From NCBI GenBank assembly GCA_043814605.1, contig JBDRJV010000007.1, forward strand, positions 195,354 through 259,353: a stretch of DNA of 64,000 bases. Direction: 5' to 3'. Both the position numbers and the translations under genes were made by a program. Below the pieces are notes generated by a model that saw only the letters and a list, made by a program, of their open reading frames with translations, ran no database searches and was not told the origin of the DNA. The stretch comes from Candidatus Omnitrophota bacterium. GTDB taxonomy: Bacteria > Omnitrophota > Gorgyraeia > B26-G9. Of this stretch, positions 58,347-64,000 are shown one piece after another (positions within the stretch are counted from its first letter, which is position 1; each line of letters opens with the position of its first letter).

Positions 58347-59567
58347 ATGAAAGTAGTTAAATTTACAGGAAAAACTTTGGAAAAAATTTATGGACGTTTA
58401 GCGCGACGAAAAATCCGGGTAAAAAAAACAGTAGAAAAAATTATTCAGGATGTTAGTTTAAAAGGCGATGATGCTTTAATTAGTTATACGAAAAAGCTGG
58501 ATAAAGTTGAGTTAACGGCAAAACAAATTGTGGTTACTGAGTCAGAAATAAACGGGGCTTACCAGAATATTGATTCAGAATTTATCGCAAGTTTAAAATT
58601 AGCAATCAATAATGTCACTAATTTTTATAAAAAAGAGGTGGCTAAGTCTTGGAAAATGAAAGGTGAGGATGGCGTTACTTTAGGGGAAATACTTAATCCC
58701 ATTGAAAAGGTTGGGATCTATGTGCCCGGCGGTACAGCGCCTCTGGTTTCTTCCGTTTATATGAGTGTGCTTCCGGCTAAAATCGCCGGCGTTAATAAAG
58801 TTTATTTAACTACACCTCCCGGCCCTGACGGTGAAGTAAACCCTTATATTTTAGCTGTCGCTAATTTATTAAAGGTGGATGCTGTTTTTAAACTAGGCGG
58901 TGCCCAGGCAATCGCAGCCATGGCTTTTGGAACAAAAAGTGTACCTAAGGTGGATAAGATTGTGGGGCCAGGAAATGACTATGTTACGGAAGCAAAAAGA
59001 CAAGTATTTGGCTACTGTGATATTGATATGCTGGCTGGACCGAGTGAGGTAGTGATTATTGCTAATAATTTTGCTAGCCCCGTTCACGTAATCGCAGATT
59101 TACAGGCTCAGGCTGAACATAAATTAGGGATTGGCATCTTAATCACAAACTCTAAAAAGCTAGCGCGCATTGTCCGAAAAGAAGTCAGTGATGGCTATAT
59201 TATTATGGTTAAAAATATTGACGAAGCCATGGATGTATCTAATAAAATTGCCCCCGAACATCTGCAATTAATTGTCAGACAACCGCAAAAAATATTAAAG
59301 AAAATTAAAAATGCCGGGGCAGTTTTTGTCGGGCCTTATTCACCTGTGGTTGTCGGTGATTATATATCTGGACCAAGCCATGTTCTGCCCACATCCGGAA
59401 CAGCAAGATTTTTTTCCGGACTAGGAGTTCACGATTTTATGAAAAGCACACACTTTATAAGCTATGACAAGAAAGCTTTAGAAAAAGTGGCTCCGGCAAT
59501 AGAAAAAATTGCGGCTTTAGAAGGCATGAAAAAACATATACAATCATTAAAAGTGCGATTTGAATAG
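58347..59567 (+). CDS. hisD: Histidinol dehydrogenase
   Basis: 406 aa; conserved …IYVPGGTAPLVSSVYM…GPGNDYVTEAKRQVFG…QAEH…VGDY…GPSHVLPT motifs. Confidence 0.9.
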   Translation: MKVVKFTGKTLEKIYGRLARRKIRVKKTVEKIIQDVSLKGDDALISYTKKLDKVELTAKQIVVTESEINGAYQNIDSEFIASLKLAINNVTNFYKKEVAKSWKMKGEDGVTLGEILNPIEKVGIYVPGGTAPLVSSVYMSVLPAKIAGVNKVYLTTPPGPDGEVNPYILAVANLLKVDAVFKLGGAQAIAAMAFGTKSVPKVDKIVGPGNDYVTEAKRQVFGYCDIDMLAGPSEVVIIANNFASPVHVIADLQAQAEHKLGIGILITNSKKLARIVRKEVSDGYIIMVKNIDEAMDVSNKIAPEHLQLIVRQPQKILKKIKNAGAVFVGPYSPVVVGDYISGPSHVLPTSGTARFFSGLGVHDFMKSTHFISYDKKALEKVAPAIEKIAALEGMKKHIQSLKVRFE

Positions 59568-59612
59568 TAAAACAGTAAAAAAAATAATTTTTAAATTGTG
59601 AGGAATTAAAAT

Positions 59613-60251
59613 ATGGGCAAACAAAATAGTAAAAAAAGACTTTCCGCAATAAAAAGAAAAACTAATGAAGTTGATATACGCGGTAAACTTAATCTTGATG
59701 GAAAAGGAAAAGCTAAAATAATTACGGGATTTGAACCTTTAAATCATTTGTTAACACTATTTACATTCCACGGTTTCTTTGATCTGCAAATTGAAGCAGC
59801 TGGAGATTTACCACATCATGTCATAGAGGACATCGGCATAGCTTTGGGAAAGGCATTTAAAGAAGCTTTGGGGCAAAAAGATGGGATTAATCGTTACGGT
59901 TGTTTTACTGTTGTCATGGATAAAGTTGCCGTGGAAGCAGCTCTGGATATTAGCGGGCGGCCTTCTTTACACGGAATTTGTATCCCTAACTCTCTTAATA
60001 ATCTCCAAAATCGTTTAGACAAAGAAACATTCGATAATACAGATTTTACATTTAAACATGCCCTTGAATTTTTAGAATCTTTTCTGCAGCATGCGGGTTT
60101 TAATTTAGTTTACACCATTAAATCGGGAGAAGGAGATTTGCATCATATTTTAGAAGCCTTATTTAAAGCATTGGGCAAGGCCTTAGATCAGGCAACACAG
60201 ATTGACCTAAGACGTAAAGGTATTCCTTCAACCAAAGGGATTATTGATTAA
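59613..60251 (+). CDS. hisB: Imidazoleglycerol-phosphate dehydratase
   Basis: 212 aa; two metal-binding D/ExHH motifs (DLPHHVIEDIGIALG and GDLHHILEALFKALG). Confidence 0.9.
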   Translation: MGKQNSKKRLSAIKRKTNEVDIRGKLNLDGKGKAKIITGFEPLNHLLTLFTFHGFFDLQIEAAGDLPHHVIEDIGIALGKAFKEALGQKDGINRYGCFTVVMDKVAVEAALDISGRPSLHGICIPNSLNNLQNRLDKETFDNTDFTFKHALEFLESFLQHAGFNLVYTIKSGEGDLHHILEALFKALGKALDQATQIDLRRKGIPSTKGIID

Positions 60252-61014
60252 ACGTATGCAGATACTACCGGCAATTGACATCAGAGACGGCAAAGTTGTC
60301 CGTTTATTACAGGGTGATTATGCCCGGGAAACCGTCTATCATCAAGATCCTTTGGAAGTTGCGAAAATTTGGGTTCAAGCCGGGGCAGAAATAATTCATA
60401 TTGTTGACTTAGACGGAGCGCGTACCGGTATTTTAAAGAATTTAGCGATCGTTAAAAATATCGTAAAAAAATTAAAAGTAAAAGTGCATTTAGGCGGCGG
60501 AGTACGCAGCATTGAAAATATAAAAACAATATTAAACGCGGATATTCACCGCGTGATTGTGGGAACAAAGGTTTTCACTGACCCGGATTTTTTAGTTAAC
60601 ATAACTACCGACCCTGTATTAAGAGAAAATTTGGACCGGATTATTATTGGGCTAGATTGCCGTAAAATCAAAGAGAATTATTTTTTAGCGCATAGCGGAT
60701 GGACGCAAGAAACAAAATTAGATATTTTTGATTATCTAAAAAAAATTGAAAAAGTAAATATTGCGATGGTTCTGGTAACAGATATCAGCCGTGACGGGAT
60801 GCTCAAGGGGCCAAACATAGAGTTTTTAAAATTAATATTGAATGCGACGAAAATTAATATTATCGCTTCCGGCGGGATTACTTCATTAGAAGACATAAAA
60901 CAGTTAATAAATTTAAATACGGCATCCCGGGGGAAGATTTATGGAATAATCATCGGTAAGGCTTTGTACGAAAATAAATTAACTCTTAGGGAGGCAATAA
61001 ATTGTGAAAGTTAA
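60244..61014 (+). CDS. hisA: 1-(5-phosphoribosyl)-5-[(5-phosphoribosylamino)methylideneamino]imidazole-4-carboxamide isomerase
   Basis: 256 aa; HisA-type N-terminus [22 protein letters not shown] and (beta/alpha)8 barrel phosphate-binding GGG motifs. Confidence 0.85.
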   Translation: MIKRMQILPAIDIRDGKVVRLLQGDYARETVYHQDPLEVAKIWVQAGAEIIHIVDLDGARTGILKNLAIVKNIVKKLKVKVHLGGGVRSIENIKTILNADIHRVIVGTKVFTDPDFLVNITTDPVLRENLDRIIIGLDCRKIKENYFLAHSGWTQETKLDIFDYLKKIEKVNIAMVLVTDISRDGMLKGPNIEFLKLILNATKINIIASGGITSLEDIKQLINLNTASRGKIYGIIIGKALYENKLTLREAINCES

Positions 61015-61369
61015 GAAACCAAAAACAAAAAAAATTACTTTAAAAAATCTAAAATCAATCAATGATTTAAAATTTGATAAAAATGGCCTAATTCCGGCAG
61101 TTATTCAAGATTCTCAGAATAAGGACGTATTAATGGTTGCTTATATGAATAAAATTTCATTGCAGAAAACTATGGCTTGTGGTTTAGCAACTTACTGGTC
61201 TCGTTCGAGAAAATGTTTATGGCTCAAAGGTGAAACTTCGGGTCATTTTCAAAAAGTAAAAAAGATTTACTATGATTGTGATAAGGATACTTTATTAATC
61301 CAAGTTATTCAATTTGGTGTAGCTTGTCATACGGGTGAATACTCCTGTTTTTTTACCCGAATGGGATAG
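61004..61369 (+). CDS. hisI: Phosphoribosyl-AMP cyclohydrolase (stand-alone HisI, not fused to HisE)
   Basis: 121 aa; GLIPAVIQD…VLMVAYMN…[17 protein letters not shown]…CDKDTLL is the typical PRA-CH pattern with zinc-binding Cys. Confidence 0.85.
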   Translation: MKVKKPKTKKITLKNLKSINDLKFDKNGLIPAVIQDSQNKDVLMVAYMNKISLQKTMACGLATYWSRSRKCLWLKGETSGHFQKVKKIYYDCDKDTLLIQVIQFGVACHTGEYSCFFTRMG

Positions 61370-61375
61370 GAAATT

Positions 61376-62890
61376 ATGTTTTACCCCAATTTTAATGATT
61401 TTTTAAAATTAAGTAAAAAAGGCAATTTAATTCCGGTATACAGAGAATTATTAGCGGATTTAGAAACTCCGGTTTCTGCATTTATGAAAATTGATACCGG
61501 TAAATATTCTTACTTACTGGAATCTGTTGAAGGCGGCGAGAAAATCGGCCGTTATTCAATTTTAGGCTCTAATCCATCGCTGATCATAAAAAGCAAAGGG
61601 AGAAAAGTGGAAATACTTATAAGAGAAGGCAAAAAATTAAAAAAAACCCGTTTTATTGCCGAAGTGGACCCTTTAGATGAAATTAGAAAAATTATCGCTA
61701 AATATAAATTTGTTAATGTTAGCGGATTGCCCCGTTTTTGCGGCGGATTAGTTGGATATTTAGGCTATGACACTGTACGTTTTTTTGAAAATATTCCGGA
61801 TAAAAATAAAAATGATTTAAAATTAGATGATCTAATTTTTGTCTTAACTAATACGATTTTAATTTTTGATCATATCGCCCACAAAATCAAAATTGTATCC
61901 AACATTCACTTAGATAAAATTAAAGGTAAAAAAAGCAAGGCTAAACTGGCAAAACTTTATAAAGATTCTATTAAAGAAATTAATAAATTAGCGCATCAAT
62001 TGGAAAAACCGCTCAAACATTCAAAATCTAAATCTAAATTTAAAAATAAAAATATTACTGTCCAGTCAAATATAAGTAAAACTGCCTTTAAAAAAGCTGT
62101 CGCCTGCGCTAAAGAGTATATCAGAGCTGGCGATATTATTCAAACAGTACTTTCGCAAAGGTTTCAGGTTAAAATTAATATTCCGCATTTCGAATTATAC
62201 CGGGCATTAAGAATCGTTAATCCCTCACCCTATATGTATTATTTAAAATTTGATAAAATTAAGCTAATCGGAGCATCGCCTGAGGTTATGGTGCGTTGTG
62301 AATCAGAACTGGCACAGGTCAGGCCGATTGCGGGAACGCGTAAACGCGGCAGGAACGAGGAAGAAGATAAAACGCTGATTAATGATTTACTTAATGATCC
62401 CAAGGAATTAGCTGAGCATATTATGCTGGTTGATTTAGGCCGTAATGATTTAGGCCGGGTATGTAGATTTGGCAGTGTAAAAGTTACTGAATTAATGAAT
62501 ATTGAAAAATATTCACATGTAATGCATATTGTCAGTAATGTTGAAGGAATAATAAAAAGAGGAAAAGATGGATTTGATGTTTTAAAATCTACTTTTCCTG
62601 CCGGGACTGTAAGTGGTGCGCCAAAAATCAGGGCCATGGAAATTATTGATGAATTAGAAAATGTACGGCGTGGTCCGTATGCTGGTTGCGTGGGTTATTT
62701 TAGTTTCTCCGGCAATCTGGATACTTGTATTACGATAAGAACAATCGTCATTTCCGGCCAGAATGCTTATGTTCAGGCAGGGGCAGGAATTGTCGCTGAT
62801 TCCGATCCGGAAAGAGAGTTCCAGGAAACAGTAAATAAAGCAAAAGCATTATTAAAATCTATTGCGATTGCGCAGAAGGGACTGCAATGA
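61376..62890 (+). CDS. trpE: Anthranilate synthase component I
   Basis: 504 aa; chorismate-binding-enzyme C-terminal signatures (…PSPYMYYL…GAGIVADSDPEREFQET…) and N-terminal Trp-feedback region LLESVEGGEKIGRYS. Confidence 0.9.
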   Translation: MFYPNFNDFLKLSKKGNLIPVYRELLADLETPVSAFMKIDTGKYSYLLESVEGGEKIGRYSILGSNPSLIIKSKGRKVEILIREGKKLKKTRFIAEVDPLDEIRKIIAKYKFVNVSGLPRFCGGLVGYLGYDTVRFFENIPDKNKNDLKLDDLIFVLTNTILIFDHIAHKIKIVSNIHLDKIKGKKSKAKLAKLYKDSIKEINKLAHQLEKPLKHSKSKSKFKNKNITVQSNISKTAFKKAVACAKEYIRAGDIIQTVLSQRFQVKINIPHFELYRALRIVNPSPYMYYLKFDKIKLIGASPEVMVRCESELAQVRPIAGTRKRGRNEEEDKTLINDLLNDPKELAEHIMLVDLGRNDLGRVCRFGSVKVTELMNIEKYSHVMHIVSNVEGIIKRGKDGFDVLKSTFPAGTVSGAPKIRAMEIIDELENVRRGPYAGCVGYFSFSGNLDTCITIRTIVISGQNAYVQAGAGIVADSDPEREFQETVNKAKALLKSIAIAQKGLQ

Positions 62891-63471
62891 TTCTTTTTAT
62901 TGATAATTATGATTCATTTACCTATAACTTGGTGCAGTATTTTGGGCAATTAAAGCAACCTCTTAAAGTTGTACGAAATGATAAAATTAGTTTACACCAA
63001 TTAAAAAAAATAAATCCGTCACATATTGTAATTTCTCCTGGGCCATGTACTCCGCATGAGGCCGGGATGTCTTGTGCGATTATCAAAGAGTTTGCGCCGA
63101 GCATTCCGATGTTAGGGGTTTGTTTAGGCCACCAGTGCATCGCGGAAAGTTTTGGCGCAAAAATAGTTCGGGCTAAAGAATTAATGCACGGAAAAACATC
63201 TAAAATATTTCATGACCAAAAAGGGTTGTTTACAGGAATTCCTAATCCCTTTGTTGCTACAAGATACCATTCCTTAGTGATTAAAGAAAACACTTTACCC
63301 CCTGAGCTAAAAATAACCGCACGTACTAAGGATGGAACAATTATGGGTATTGAACATAAAAGTTTCGCTTTATTCGGTGTGCAATTTCATCCGGAATCTA
63401 TTTTAACCAAAGAAGGCATGGCGTTATTAAAAAATTTCCTAAAAATTTCAAATCAGAGGCGGCGCAAATGA
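62887..63471 (+). CDS. trpG: Anthranilate synthase component II (class I glutamine amidotransferase)
   Basis: 194 aa; catalytic triad context GVCLGHQCI … HSL … FGVQFHPES. Confidence 0.9.
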   Translation: MILFIDNYDSFTYNLVQYFGQLKQPLKVVRNDKISLHQLKKINPSHIVISPGPCTPHEAGMSCAIIKEFAPSIPMLGVCLGHQCIAESFGAKIVRAKELMHGKTSKIFHDQKGLFTGIPNPFVATRYHSLVIKENTLPPELKITARTKDGTIMGIEHKSFALFGVQFHPESILTKEGMALLKNFLKISNQRRRK

Positions 63472-64000
63472 TACAAGAAGGTTTGCATCAGGTTGTTAAT
63501 GGAAAAAATTTATCCCAAACTACAATGGAAAAAATTTTTACCGAAATTATGCAGGGCAAGGCTACCTCTGCTCAAATTGCCGCATTTATCACCGCTTTAA
63601 GAATTAAAGGGGAAACAATAGAAGAAATTACCGGGGCAGCTTTTGTTATGCGTAAATTTGCAATAAAAATTAACATTGCCGATTCTGTAGTTTTAGATAC
63701 ATGTGGTACAGGCGGTTCCGGAAAACATGTTTTTAATGTTTCTACATTATCCGCTTTAATTTGTGCCGCGTGTGGAGTTAAAGTTGCAAAACACGGCAAT
63801 CGCAGTGTTTCCAGTAAATCCGGCAGTGCTGATTTACTGGAAAAACTCGGGGTGAATATTAGTGCTGCCCCGCAGATAATGGAAAAATGTATAAATGATA
63901 TTAATATTGGTTTTTTATTCGCTCCCTGTTTTCATACGGCAATGAAGTACGCTCTTGGGCCAAGAAAGGAAATTGGCATAAGAACAATATTCAATGTTTT
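63468..64000 (+). CDS. trpD: Anthranilate phosphoribosyltransferase; 5' part, continues beyond the window end
   Basis: The ATG at 63468 overlaps the trpG stop. Frame open to the window end. Shows …DTCGTGGSGKHVFNVSTLSALICAACGVKVAKHGNRSVSSKSGSADLLE…, the TrpD glycine-rich PRPP loop. Confidence 0.85.
   Translation, partial: MIQEGLHQVVNGKNLSQTTMEKIFTEIMQGKATSAQIAAFITALRIKGETIEEITGAAFVMRKFAIKINIADSVVLDTCGTGGSGKHVFNVSTLSALICAACGVKVAKHGNRSVSSKSGSADLLEKLGVNISAAPQIMEKCINDINIGFLFAPCFHTAMKYALGPRKEIGIRTIFNV

Noticed and set aside
63572-63799. 75-aa minus-strand ORF
   Set aside because: It lies entirely inside the well-supported trpD coding region on the + strand.

Overview
This is an AT-rich chromosomal segment from a Gram-negative, non-proteobacterial-looking bacterium; it carries Kdo/LPS genes (kdsA, kdsD, kdsC, lptB, lptF/G-like), a type IV pilus secretin, a TonB-like protein and low-GC codon usage. 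Most of the window is a dense run of + strand housekeeping genes (lepA, lepB, der, gpsA, hom, thrC, metK, ahcY, fba, recA, recX, alaS, hisD/B/A/I, trpE/G/D, a PTS-Ntr/hpf cluster). One tRNA-Pro(GGG) is present at 15897-15974.

Five things stand out.
- A 2287-aa secreted giant protein (20709-27572) is built from ~46-residue YD/RHS-like repeats with an embedded dockerin-like Ca-binding pair and a long 5' leader. That leader carries a promoter-to-terminator small-RNA candidate.
- The pilus assembly cluster (pilO-like 3' end, pilP-like, pilQ) runs directly into a gingipain-like C25 peptidase with a Cys-rich C-terminal tail, followed by a PorV-like outer-membrane protein. The C25 ORF overlaps the pilQ stop codon.
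- An apgM-family gene sits directly after hom-thrC with no thrB nearby, matching the proposed non-canonical homoserine kinase.
- An accessory intergenic island (39444-41263) holds two small secreted-protein genes, one split at an A7 slippery run. It also holds a C-terminal remnant of an IS200/IS605-family (RAYT-like) transposase and several GC-rich palindromes.
- plsY is split by a 1-nt deficit in a G4 run. Together with the A7 case this suggests homopolymer under-calling in the assembly.

Several near-consensus sigma70 promoters (TTGACx-17-TATAxT) and intrinsic terminators can be read directly from the sequence. No CRISPR array, rRNA or intact mobile element was found.
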